Source: Kudoa neothunni
Lineage: Eukaryota; Animalia; Cnidaria
Direction of reading: 5' to 3'
DNA length: 64,000 bases
NCBI GenBank assembly: GCA_964304625.1
Contig: OZ199838.1
Location: 8,949,537 to 9,013,536 of the forward strand
Shown: positions 1 through 13,974 of the stretch, in pieces
How positions within the stretch are numbered: the stretch's first letter is position 1
How the letters are laid out: each line of letters begins with the position of its first letter
The notes under the pieces: model-generated
Told to the model about the DNA's origin: nothing
The model's database searches: none
The model's input: only the letters and a program-made list of their open reading frames with translations
Position numbers and translations under genes: made by a program

Positions 1-1868
1 AAAATTGATATCCAATAATTTCCATCGAGCGTTTCAAAGCGGGTTGGGTAGAAATTAATAGATTTTTGAGTCTTCTTTCTTGTTCACCTTTTATTAACGA
101 ATAAGACAAATCCAATAGAAATCTTTGTCTTCTACCAGTTTTATCAGTCCTCATGTAGGTAGGATTTCTATTTATGAAAATTACATATGCGTTGAATGCA
201 GCCACATCTAATAATTGGCAGAACATCGCGAATGGCCAACGTCGACACTTTCTCTTGCAAGAAAATGTTTGAAACACATTGATCTAATGTGTGAACGCCG
301 CATTTTTTTTTGTAGTCTAAGATTGCCTGATTCTTAGCATGGTATTCTTTACTTACATTTTGAGTGCGGTGTTCTGATGAAAGGATAACCACTGCCTTAT
401 TTTTACGCGGAACATACGAAATAAGGGTGAATACTTTGTAAAAACCAAATAGTGATGAAAACATCTTTCTTGATCTATGCGCCAAAAATTCTGGGGGTAT
501 AAAAGTTCTGCATTTACGCACAGTTCCAAGAATTGATGTTTTCCTTTCATACAAATATTCAGCCAGTTTCCACGAAGTAAAATAATTGTCGAAGGTGATA
601 CTACGGCCTGCATCCAAAGGTGATATGTTAAATTTACCACAACATTAAAAGGTAGGTTGGATTCACGGTAACTGTCAATTTTACCCAAATATAGAATTAT
701 GTTTCAAACATAAAATGTGTCCGCTGTCGCAAACAATCCAGAATTTCAAACCGTATTTCGATGGTTTTTTGGGCATGTACACTAAAAATGAAACTCACCC
801 CCGAAAAGGATACAGCTGTTCATCAACAGTTAAATTAGGACCTGGGATATAGCTGGTTCTACAGATGTCAGTAAATTCCTCGAATATTTTTTTATCAGTG
901 AAAATTTATCTTGCAAGCTTGGATTTTTGTTTCTGGTCCGAGTACTCATCAAAACGCAATACACATAGGATTTTTTTGAATCTATCCCGACTCATCGTTG
1001 CGCGAAATAAGGGCCTCCCATGAATTTCATCCCATAAAATTTTCGTACTTTCCAAATTGGATTTGTAGGCACTAGCTAACAACAATAATCCTAAAAAAGC
1101 TTTTAGTTCAATCAGATCGAGATGTTTCCATTTATCTCCCATCTCATCGATGCCTTTGTGATTTGTGTACAACATGATTTCTTCCATCATTTGTTTAGTT
1201 ATGAAATGATTGAAGTAATCAAGTGGCGTCGTCGAATCGAAAGAATCAATTGGCTTCCCTTGTACAATACTGCGGTTTATTATATTATGACAGGAAGTTC
1301 GTCCAGGAGTGGGCTGGGAAGTCCAAATAATAGATGTATCTTTCGACAAATAATTATTAAGGGAATCTCGAGTGTTACAGTCATGTGAAACAATTTGTGA
1401 AGAAGAATCTTGATTGAATATGCTTAGTTGTCCCTTAAATGAATCTATGAATAATGAAATTAAGATTTTATATTTTTTCGATAAACCAACCGTCCAAATC
1501 ATGTAGTAAACTTTCGTTTAACTCGTTATCATCCTCCAGGAAATTTTTTAGCTCGTTTGAAGATATACTTTCAGTGTCATATGATATATCAGTAAATAAA
1601 CGGGAATCTTCCATTATAACTGTTTGGTGCAAATTTGGGATCAAATTTTGTTATGTACAAACATAACATGGGCTTAATATATATCTCAAAAGATGAAAAA
1701 AAGGTCTTAAAACCATAAAAATTTTTTCCATGAATAACACCAATTGATAGATAATTAATTTTTATGAATTTACGTGAAATTTGAACCGAAAAAAAATTGG
1801 TCTAACCTAAGTAATTGACGATGTATCACGTGGGTGAGTTCGTGGAGCCCAGGGTTGTCCTTTAAAGG
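1..1868 (-). mobile_element. Decayed piggyBac (PGBD4-like) transposon; other end lies outside the window
   Basis: Minus-strand fragments 906-1502 (ELKAFLGLLLL...FRATMSRDRFKKIL..LRFD) and 168-617 (ITFDNYFTS, LGTVRK, DYKKKCGVHTLDQ) match piggyBac DDD transposase motifs and are broken by stops and frameshifts. Probable start ATG near 1614. The terminus reads TTAA|CCTTTAAAGGACAACCC on the minus strand, with TTAA at 1869-1872. Confidence 0.9.
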
Positions 1869-2002
1869 TTAAATATTGGTTGATAATTTTCACGTAGTTG
1901 GGGATCCTATTGTGGGTTTTAATTTAAAGTTTAGATTTTCCTTTATCGGATAATTATTACAACAATTCAAAATTTGACAAAGATAAAAAAATTAATATAA
2001 AT

Positions 2003-2232
2003 AAAGAAGTGACTTTTTGAATGATAAAATAATATTTAGTCATTAGTTTGAACTATATTTAATTATTACTGACCTTTAAGAGTGAAGCGATAGGCCAAGA
2101 ATAATTAAATGTTGCAGATTCTACAAAAATTAATATTTATACAGCACGATGAATATGAATTTCTCGGATTAAAAATTTATACCACGCACGTGTATATAAA
2201 ATTCAGAATTAAAATTTACCATGCCAACTAGT
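2003..2232 (+). repeat. Copy 1 of a dispersed ~230 bp repeat with a central hairpin
   Basis: Shares AAGAAGTGAC..., TATTTAATTATT-[GACCTTTAAG..GCGAT.GGCC]-AATAATTAAAT..GCAGATTCTA and GGATTAAAA blocks with copies at ~27720, ~29362 and ~33748. Confidence 0.7.
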
Positions 2233-5200
2233 CATTATCCTCTGCTTTTTCAAACATAGATGAATAATGCCAATCTTAACGATGGTTTATCCGTTAAAAA
2301 TGCAATCTAATTTGGGGTCTATTGGATTTTGCTATTGGCCCCAACACGTTAATTGGGCCATTCCTTTAGTTTTATTTCACTTAAAGAAATATTAAAATTG
2401 TGTTATTAAATTGTATATCATTAATGGAATTATTTTTAAATGGATATTAAATCTACAAGATCCTTAATTGTATACATCAGAAAAGACATGGAATTATTTA
2501 TTATTAATAGGAGCTAAATGCACGCACAAAAATAAAATATACCTTGGGGATGTAATTTTTAAAAGCTTATTTTTATTTCTAATAAATTGACATAAAATAT
2601 TGTAGAGTATAATTATTGATATTTCATGAATACCGTACGTCGGAGTTTGCACCTAATCTTTAAGATAATATAAGAGGATATCACAAACCAAAAGTTATAA
2701 AAAAATATTTAATTATTTTCTATTTGTATTACATTAGCAGTGTAAATTGTTTATCATAATTTTACATAGGTTATTTTCAGGAATATGACAAAACATTACA
2801 ATTATAATTAGCTTATCGGTCATGTATCGTTTAAAAAAAGAAAATCGAATGAGATTGTAGATAAGTTTATATTTTTGATTAATAATCTAAACTGTCGTTA
2901 CTTTTAAAGCCATAGATTGTTCGAGAGCTAATTGTTTTGCTATCTTCTATATTCTGATATTTTGTATCGTTTACAGTGCTAATACTTGTGTTGGATTAAC
3001 GCTATATGCTTTGGCATTTACAACAACTCCATTCGAGATAAATGTCACAATCAATTACTGAATAACCATTTGGCAATTTTTTTTACAGATATTGCCTGTA
3101 TATCGAACGGTTCTTTTCTTATATTTTGCTTAAGATTGAATAGGACATCTTTGCTAAAACAAGTGAATATCTTATTTAATGGGATTCTCGGGTCAAGTAT
3201 CCCATCACTTATGTTGTTTCAACAAAACTTCCACGCATTTTTCCTCGATTATAGCTTTTCGATTAAAAACCCTAACAGCGGGATCTTTACTAACAAACCA
3301 AATAAGAATTTCGGAAAAGAACTATATTATTCCATTTAATAATAGAGTTATTTAAATTTTTGTTTCTCTATTAAATTAAAAACCGATTTAGTGTAATAAG
3401 ATGATTTTTATGTTCCTATTGTTGTAGTAGATGAGCTCTTGGGGCGACCGTTGTGTTGAATTCTAGTAGGAAGAACTAATACTGAAACAAATATAAACCA
3501 ATAAATATCTTATGTGAAAACCTGAAATATGATTATTTATAACGATGTCATAATTCAATTTCTTAAATATTATTATTCTCAACAACGTTAGTCTCAATAT
3601 ACTCTTAACTTGCATTAGTGTCCATTACGCAAATATTATCACGTTAAAGCTCCCACGCGCCCTTGAGTATTTTGAACTCAAAATGTATTTATAAATTGAA
3701 TATTTGAAAACAAATATTACGACTAATTGTTTAATAATAGTTATTCGTCTGGCAAGATTATTTTCATATAATCACGTAATTTCATACTCAATTGACACTA
3801 TCATATCCATCAAATTAAAAAAAACTTATATCGTATTTATAATGATATTAAATGTTACTTCAAATGAAATAAAACTAAAGGAATGACCCAATTAACGTGT
3901 TCGAGCCAATAAACATTGCGTAATAACTATTAGATCTGAAAAAATTTTGTAGCCCTCCAACGATCTGATGAACCAACGCTTTAACGATCTTTGAGGAAAA
4001 ATGGATCCAGACTCTTGGAAAGAAATTATATGTAGAATTTTACAAAGTTTATATATAGCGTTGGAAAAATTTGTCATGGGAAAAATATAAATATAAGTGA
4101 CAATCATTCATTTAATCCAGTTATAATCTGATTTAAGATAATCTCACAACGCTTCAGGTTGTTTGAGGAAAAACACGAATTTTGCAATGTGGCTCCTTGC
4201 GACCCTCAGAGTTATATTTTATGTAGGAGGTTCTTATCCTGCAATCTCTAATTTTCGGGATTAATACATTTATAAGCTCAAAAATAATCCAACGAAATAT
4301 TAAATTTATTTTCTCTTTCCTTGAAAAAGTCATTATATTGTTTTGAACTTTCGTTGCTAACATAGAGGTTACATTGATAACTTAAAAACAACACTAAATT
4401 TTTACCAGACAATGCACTTTCGTTCGTGTTCGTGTCGCCATGACAGTTTGAATTAGCCGTTTGAGCAATTGAATATCAAGATACTTTTTCCTTAAAGGGG
4501 ACTTTTTAATTACCATATTGAGGATATTAGTATTAACTCACAGGGTCGAACTAACACAAGATATTTCGTTGACTATAGCTGTACCTTGTTTATAATGAAT
4601 ATTTTAATTAAATTTCTTAAAAATATTTGATAATCATTTAAGTAAGTGAATTTAGGTTAGTAGGTGTTTATTAAAATTGAAGTAATTAAGTTCTAGATCA
4701 AGTTATAAGGTAAGATAAAGAATCTAAAAACAACATTTTGAGCGTCATTTTTTAACTATTCTTATGCGATCGTGAAAAATTAAATAAATGAATCTCTAAA
4801 GCAATGATTAAACTAATTGTTATAACTTCCAATTTCGGTACCAAATCCCAAATACAACATAATCAGCACTTGAAAAATCTTCGATAGATTTCTAAAAACC
4901 AATGAAAACTTACTCTATTATTCTTCCATTAACTTTTAAATTGATTATGTGTCGTAAAAACATTTTTAATAATGTTTCGTTTTCAAAATTATATGATTCA
5001 GCCATTTAAATAAGCTTCACACATTTAATAATAATAAATTATCTTCTATATCATTATTTATATATACACTATAAACTTTTTACAAAAGTATCTAAATTAA
5101 ATGATAAATTTTTTAGTTTATATATTTTTTAGATGATAACTGATTTGAATTAGGAGTTAAATTTTAATAGTAACCAAATGATCAGCTTTTTAATTTCACT

Positions 5201-6856
5201 ACAGTAAAAATCTGTAAAAAAAATTTGTTATCAATTAATTTTTCAATAGTTATTTTTTAAAGGGTTAAATTAAAGTAATAAAAAAATGAAATAAAAATAC
5301 CATGTAACTAAGATAGTGCCGAGTAAACTTAATGTAGTAGTCTTCGTATTTTTGGATACATATGGCTTATAAAATTTTCTATTTAATCTGATTTAATATT
5401 TTCACAATTAACTATTACATTTTAAAGTTTCTATTTTATTACGTACGTAAAAAATACGTATATCAACTTATATAGGTTAATTGAATGGATTAGCGTATTT
5501 TTGGAGTTGTTTTGAGAGATTTTTCAATGTAAGTATTTTCGATACCGAGTTACGTTGCGCCATTGACGCTAGTTTTCTTATATAGTAGATGTAAATGCAC
5601 GCTGTTTTAGCTAATCACACGAAATTTGAATGACTCCCTCAATATCGAAATTTCGAATATTCAATAGTCTCGACATTTGTATTTTTAAACCTCTATTCAA
5701 GATGTTTTCCTGGAATATTGATGATGTGAAAAAAAGTTTAGATAATGGTGCTCTCTACCCGCGGAATATGTCTAACGCTAAGACCAATGAATGAGACAAT
5801 TTTCCATCCTTATTTACCAGCGACGGAGACGAAATCTCCCAATTCAACTTAATTATTTGCATGAAATGCAATGGATAGTTTGGATATAAACCTATGGCTG
5901 GCAATCGTCAATCCATCAACCAGAATATATTTCACCTCAAGTTCAAATTTACATCAATGTTCAAATTTACTCTCGTTAAGCTATATATTTAGAGGTTTTT
6001 AATAAAATAAACATTTTTTGAAATAAAAACTCATAATAATTAAGTTCCTATCAAACAATAACATTTGTTATGTAGTAACAAGCACTAGAAATTTTTATTC
6101 ATAGGAAATCACACTATTTTGTCGCTTAAATCTGTCGGATCACGCATTACATTTTTCATCACGTTCACGTTCACGATTTTTAGAAATCATGATAATAAAT
6201 TTATATATCCTAGAATCAACTAAGACGATTTGAATATGATATATAATTCGAATTGAGAAAAATTATTAAGAATACGATTTCGTAATGTAAATGGCATAAA
6301 TATTTGTTATTGTTTTCTTAAGGATTGCCTTATTACTAGCATAAAATTTAAGGGGTCATAAATTTCGATATATCTCAAAAACTCAACTTCCCCACATAAA
6401 ACCCATGAATATGGTTTCGTTCATGTTTCGTGCTAAAATTTAGGGCATGGTATTTAATTCGTGAAAACTCTAAAACGAACGAATACACGAAAGTGTATTG
6501 TCTGAATTTCATCCACTAAATTTTAATTATTTCCCCGATTCATTCAAGAAAATTTTTCACAAATATGAAATTTAAGTGGAACCATTAATTCTCAAAAAAT
6601 TCAAATAAATGCTCGAATTAATCCCCTAATCGTGATTAGTTTTGTATCTTCGTTGTTATATAAATATGTATTTTTCATTTCAACTAGTAATATTTTGGCA
6701 TTAAGTCATCATAACTAATTAATCAATACTCATTTTAAGAATTTAATGTTACAAAATAAAGGCTGCAATAAAAATAGAATTCAGGATACAGAATGTTTAA
6801 TAAGGTTTTATACGTCCTTCATTATTTTTGACACATCCTTTATCCTTTATCTACTA

Positions 6857-9709
6857 TAGGGGTGGGCAAACTACTATTCGCGAAAAGGCTCAACACCAGT
6901 CGCCAAAAATTATGTTTATTTCTAAAAAATTTAAATTTATATACCTAATTCTCATAATTAAAATGTTTATTTTAGTTTAATGAACTTTAATGTTCATTGT
7001 ATTTAATAGTTTTAAAATAATTCATCACAAACGTCATGCCTAAGTGAATTAAGTATTAAAATTCTAATATTGCTAAAAACAATCGTTCCAAAGGAGAATA
7101 TAGTTAAAAAAATAAGAAATAATTTCATATCATAATGTAATTTCTAAATATTATCTTTTACGTTTGGGCTATAAAGGGATCATCGATAAAAGGACTATAT
7201 ATATTAAAATGATCTCAAATATCTAATAAATAACATCAGTCATAAAAATTAAAAAATCACTCCTTATTTGTCCTCTGGAGCTAATTAATTGTGATATAGT
7301 AAACTCACTATAAATTATTTTCTACCAACTTTTAAAATCGCAATGTAGACTTCGTTTAACCGGTATTCATGGATCTACTGATCGATGAGCTGTTTCTATT
7401 CAAATTATGTCGGGTTTTATATACATAGGGATAAATAATTTTTACCATAATTAAGTGATGTAACTAACAAAACATAACGCTCTCAAAAAAAGGTGAAAAA
7501 TAAGCCGAAAGAGGACATTATAAATAGCGGTTACCCCTTTTATACCCTTGCCGAAACATTCTTTAGTATACAATGTTTTTTGAGATGACTAGTTTCAATC
7601 AATCTAAAAAAAGAAAAATTGAAGACTAATGTCGAAGTTTCAATCACGAATGGGCTGAAAAGTACTTGTTTAACAACATAAATAATAAAACTGTATGTTT
7701 GACTTGCCGTGACATACTCGCTGTTTACAAAGAATAAAACTTGAACACCCAGTATCAGACTGAATATTCCAATTTGTCACAGGAAGAATTGAAAAATAAG
7801 GCATCTGATATAGTACGAAATTTAAAACGAAAAGCAAAATTCATTTGAAAAAGCAACATCCATACAAAGAGATGCAACGGTGACTAGCTATATGCTTTCC
7901 CAAAAATTAGCAAAATGTAACAAGGCATTATTGGATAGGGAGTTTATTAAAGAGTTTTTTATGGATGGTGTTAACGTTGTGTGTGCCCCCAGTCATCTCG
8001 AAAATTGAAACTATTCCTCCATCATGAAGAAAAATCGTTCGAAAAAATTATTAATTTTGAGTACTATTCTATTGGTTTGGACGAAAGTGCATATGCTACC
8101 GATACCGCTCAATTACTCATTTTTGTAACAGGAATTGACCATAATTTCGAAATTAACGAGGAGTTCTTTATCACTTGAATCTTTGAAGAATACCAAAACT
8201 GGACAAGATTTTTTCGATAGCGTTATGAATAGTTGGAACAGTTCTGGTTTAAGCTTGGACAAACTCATCAATGTCACTACTAATAGAGCACCTTCACTCG
8301 TGGGAAAACACTCTGGGCTAATAAAACTGACGAACGATAAAATCAATGAAGATTTCCCATCACATAAAATTTTGTTATTTCATTGTATCATACACCAAGA
8401 AACATTGTGTAAATATTCATTGACATTCAAGCATGTTTTGGACCCTGTAGTGTGTGCTGTTAATGTGGTAAGATCAAGGGCTCTTCTACATAGGCAATTT
8501 AGGAGCTTTTTAGAGGACAACGAATCTGATTTTACCGATATACTCCATTACACTAATGTACGATGGTTAAATATGGATCCTAAAAACCGAAATTTCCCCC
8601 TTTTTGAACATAACGGACACTAGTTGCGATTTTGTTGATAAAATCAAGAATCATGCATGGTTACGTGATTTCGCATTCGCAGTAGATATGATGAAAAAGA
8701 TGAATGACTTGAAAGTAAAATTACAAGGAAAGGCTTATTTGTTCACGAGTTATATTTGGAAGTGGAATCCTTCCAAATAAAACTTCAGTTATTTTCCAAT
8801 CAACTTAAAAATCAAAACTTTGCCCATTTTCCAACATTGAAGGTTCAAAATCCCCCAAAACATTTCGTGACAACTATAGTTCCCAGCTAATAGAGTTTAA
8901 AGAAGAGTTTGCCAGAAGATTTTCCGATTGTAGGTTGAACGAAAGTGACTTTACTTTGCTCTGTTCGCCTGTAACAAGTGACATTGAAACATTCCCAGAA
9001 GAACTGCAATTAGAATTAATAGACCTGCTAGCCGACATTTCCCTAAAAAAACATTCGAACCAAAAAATTTGATTAAATTTTACTCTGCTACCAACAATGA
9101 AAGTTCCTTAATTTGATAAGGTTTGCCAAAGGAATGTTTTTTATTTTTGCATCAACATATATACGCAAGAAAACGTTCTCTGTAATGAAAATAAACATGT
9201 CTCAAAATAGAGCGATAATGACAAACTTCAATCTTCACTCGATTTTGAGAATAAGTATAAGCTCATTAAAACCTGATTTTGATAAAAGTATTAATGATAG
9301 CTGCCAGTTCCATAAATCGCATTAGTTCTTTTTATTTAATAGTATGTTTTTTATGATGTCTGTTTTTATTTGTCTGCGAATGAAAAACTCTACCTATTAA
9401 ATTAAATTATTATAGAAAATTTTATAACTAGAATACTTTACGTTGTTTTTAAGAAGACAAATTATTTCAAATTTTCGGAATAAGGCCTATTTTAAAAGCT
9501 CATACGATTTTGAAATTTATCCTTGTGTAAGTAATACTTAGGGTTGTAATAAGTAAAAATATTTAGGAAAATATTAAAATTTATTTTAATCAATGGAAAC
9601 ATGCAATCGATAAAAAATGAGTTCTAAAACATTTTCCATCTTTTATCATTACAAGAAGCTATTTTTTATGGGTGCGGTCCGCGGACCAATAAAGTTTTCC
9701 CCACCCCTG
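6857..9709 (+). mobile_element. Decayed hAT transposon (Buster/Charlie, GTF2IRD2-like transposase)
   Basis: TIRs TAGGGGTGGGCAAAC (6857) and GTTTTCCCCACCCCTG (ends 9709). Transposase fragments at 7580-9325: YYSIGLDESAYATDTAQLLIFV, FHCIIHQETLC, HYTNVRWL, FASTY..TFSVMKIN. Flanks ATCTACTA/TTTTACAA match 5 of 8 with a central TA. Several frameshifts and stops. Confidence 0.9.
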
Positions 9710-12204
9710 TTTTACAAGCTTCTTTTAAAAAATATACTCATGAACGCAGACATTAGATCTCTTAATTGAACCTCAACATTACTCATAAAAAGCCTTTCTA
9801 ACTTTCGCAAATTTTGTTAATAATAATTATAATTTTTATATAAAAAGTAAGAAAGAAACACGTAAAAGGCTATTTTCCTACCCGCGTTTATACATAAAAT
9901 AGTTAGAAACCATCCTTTTATGGGTGAAAAAACAATGTACACCGTAAATTTACAAAGAATAAAAGCCGAAATGGAAAAATCTGATAGCAAAAAATTCAAA
10001 AAATTACATTTTGATTTGTTGCTTAATCTATTTTTGAAATATATCAGAATCAAATAGTATTGCGAAATTACCTGATTTGAAACAAAGTCTCCAACTGCAC
10101 GTATAAAAGAATCTCTCACGTGATTGTATTGGATCTTGTGATATCCTATTTTTTCCATAAACTAAAACAATTCAAATGTAACAATCCCTGTTTATCATCA
10201 ATAATTACATCTTTAGTATTTTTAGCAGAATTCTTCGAGGTAATATATATTATTTGAGAATTAGCATCCATAACAACAATTAAGAACTATGCAATTTTCA
10301 TATACATATAATAAAAAGCAATAAAACTTTTTCTATTCCATCAGAGCAACCAGATATCGTAGCGCAAGGTGTACAAACGAGAGGGATGCCCGAGTGAAGT
10401 AGTGAAAGAATGGTTGCGTTTATTGCGCAAAACAATACCTTAAGCAAATCATAGATTTTTAGTGTAATTGTTTAATTTGTATTACATCATTTTTATTGTT
10501 TTGTTTTAGAACACGAACTATTACATACAACGAGGAAGAATTAATTTTTTCGACGAACACACAACTTTTCAGTACATTTTGTATAATTGTAGAGTAATAT
10601 TTTTCCATGAGATCTATATCTCCAATATAAAAGAGAAAACAAATGAAGAACTAACTCAATCCAAAAAGGTTGTTGTAAAATTTCACGTCAATATTTACTT
10701 TGTTATCTTCTTCGACATTTGGATTATTATTTGGACCATATATTATAGCCAAAACAGAAGTCCCATCTATTTTTAGTTGAAATATTCCAAATCATCTAAA
10801 TAAGAAAATAACTGTATGAAAATGATGCAGATCCGTCATTTGAACTGTTTTCTAGTAAACACGAAGTGAACTCCACCATATTTCACGCATGCGGATGCAC
10901 GTGTGTAAATTTTGTCATAATTAATTTCTGTGTACCAGAAAATCAAATTTTCTAAGTATATTCCAATCTGAGAAAATGTAAGGCTGATAAAAGTATACCT
11001 TGTGATTCTAAGAATTCATCATGAGAATACATGTTTGTCACTCTAAATTTTAACGATAATATAATTCACGGAGATAAGATATTATAACTTTACTGTAGAA
11101 TGAATTGTAGGAGTATGATGGATATATGCCTAGAATGAACATTTAATCTGAGATAGAACCAAAACATGGGACTTTTGCACGCCTTGAGTTCAATAATTCT
11201 ACAAATAATACATATTGAACGACCGAAGCTAAGTGAAAGAAACCTAAAATCTTATATTAAAGTTTTTTCAATTTTGTGGATATGAAGCTACATCGAGTCA
11301 CAATAGAAATGTGATACTGGAGCACACAGAGAAGATCGATTATCCCTCTAATAAATGTGAAAATATTAAATTTTTTAATTGTTACCTCTTTTCGTAAAAC
11401 GACCTAGAAACAAAAAGTTATATCGATACTATTCAAAAATTCGTTGGAATCACTAAGAAACCCGATTACAAATTTTGTAAAATATCAAATATAGTAACCT
11501 ACGTGTTTTGCGTGATCAAAAGGGAAACCATAATTAGTACTAAATAAATAAAACATTTTAGCCGTGTAATCAAAAATTACAATTTGTTTATTACATCAAC
11601 CAATGAAATCCATATTTTCTATAAATTTATTATGTAATTATCTTTCTTTTCATAATTGAAATCTACACATTGAAATAATGATAAAGCCAACTTGTAGTCG
11701 GATAAATTCTTGCGGAATTTTAGATGCTTAAATCTAAAATATTATGTTTTTTCAACAATTCCAAAGACTACTTTTGGAAAAAATAATTATCAATTCTTAC
11801 AATTCTCTCTTAATCCTTAATGTGTGTAGTCTTGAATGACTTCATTTTCATTTTCTCGTGCTTCACTCGATAAACTAGCTTTGCTGACTTCGAAAAAAAT
11901 TCTCCAAGTACTATTTTAAATCATTATACAATTTTCAGAATCAGGCAAGTTTTAATTAGAAGCAATACTTAGTCTATTTTCCTAAATTTATTAAAAGATT
12001 TTTCGAACTACTTGAAAAGGATTTATGGTTTTATTCGACCCAAAAATTATTTTAATAACAGTTTTCACAGAATTTTTGGTAAAATATATTCAAAAGTATT
12101 CACTTAAACATCGTTAAATATAATTTTACAAATTACTAAAACTTTTGATTGTCCGTTGATCTAATGTGGACTCCCGCAATTCGAGTGTGTTGTCAGAACA
12201 GATA

Positions 12205-12903
12205 CAGTAGGTGACATATGGTTCGTAATGACATGTAGTTCGTAATTTGAGAAAATGATACAAAATTAACGTACATATAAGATTATAATAATTTATTTAT
12301 TCCTCAAGCTATTTAAAAACATTTATTTGACCTTTAAGAATACAAATAAAATATTTCTAAATTAATTAATCAGGTTTTTAATGATTATTTTGTAGTGACG
12401 TGTAGTTCGTAACTTTTCAGGTGCGTTAATATTTTCGTTTTCGATTAGTGGCGAAATGGAGGATAAAATTAAAAATTAAGTTTGGACATTAAAAAAGAAA
12501 TATGAAATAATAAAGATTTTCAAAAACTAGTGAAGGTATGGGCGGAAACAATATTGCAAAAGACGCCAATATTAATGATTTTATAAGTGATGGTAACTGT
12601 CACAAAGTAGAAAAGTTTCGTAAGTATTACTACAGAGAACGAAAAATTATTCCGTTCTAAATTGCCTCTCTCATTTGTCTGATTTAAGACATTATTTGAA
12701 ATATCAAGGCCGAAATAGTTATAAACATCAAACGGATATTGAACGATAAGTTTATAATGTAATTGTCAGAAAACTTAAAAATATTACTATAACTAAGTAA
12801 TTTCCTTCAAAATAATTTATCATTATAGTTGATTCATATCATTTATCTCTCTGACACATTTCGCGCGCAATCTTAGAAATTACGATCCACCCCTCACCCA
12901 CTG
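12205..12903 (+). mobile_element. pogo/Tigger-type non-autonomous element, family copy A
   Basis: TA|CAGTAGGTGACATATGGTTCGTAA ... TTACGATCCACCCCTCACCCACTG|TA. Internal remnant WTLKKKYEIIKIF resembles a pogo N-terminal HTH. Confidence 0.75.
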
Positions 12904-13974
12904 TAATGACTAAATCAGAAGGCAGAAATATATATATACTTAAATCCTCCGCTGTAATGAATTTTTCGTAATGAAATTTAAAAATGGTCTAATATATTTA
13001 TATTTTGACATTTAAAAATAAACTTTTTCTGCAGGAGGAAAAATATAACGAACATTATACATTTTATGGGGGAAATGGCTAGTTTTATCTTGAGTTTTTT
13101 CCCGAAATTTAATTGATTTTATTTATATTGAATTTAATATTTTCCATTCTTAAATGATGGTTCGATATCGTTAAAGACAATACTTAAACGACTCTATTCG
13201 TTACAATAAGATTAGTATCAAACAATCAGTAAAAATAATAAATTTGTTTGGGATATAATTTAATCTTTATTTTGTTTTTTCACATTTATATCTGGAATAA
13301 CAGGGGTACTATTTAATTAAGTCGGTTTAATTTATTATTTAGCTTCTTTAAATGCTGAGAAGATCGATTTTTAAAATAGGGGGACACTATACATATGTTG
13401 TACAATAAAAAACTATTTTAACTTTATCATTGACCACCGCATTATATCATCTAAGGGAGAATGTCAATTTTAATTGAATATCTCTTTAACATCAGCGAAT
13501 TATAATCCTATTATTTAAACCGTGTGATCCGTTAAAAAAAATTTAAACCCGAAAAATTCACTTCTTGGTGAATGATTTTAGATTTTCTGATAATGCGAAA
13601 ACATTTTAAAAGATTATTTCGACGCCATAAATTATTGAAAGCTCCATAAAACATTGTCAATAAGAAAAAAAATATGTCATACATGTGCACATGCCAACAC
13701 ATACGCTGACAGACAAGGATTTTTATATAAAGAAAATAACAACCGTATACTTTACTATTGTTCTATCTAGATTGCGAAATAGAAAATAATACTTTTTTTA
13801 ATGAAAACTATTCAAGTTGCAAAAAATAATTAAAACCATATTCATAGTCCTTGTCCAAAAAATTTCACGTTATTATTAATTAGAAAAAGAAACCTCTAAA
13901 AACAACAAAACAAGTAATCATATAATAAATATAGATAGATGGAAGAAAATTTTCTATGCATAATGTGTCGACTT

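Noticed and set aside
3890-4370. Possible MULE transposase remnant on the minus strand (MTNFSNAI..IFPQRSLKRWF; CKIRVF)
   Set aside because: Motifs are too degenerate to support without a profile search.
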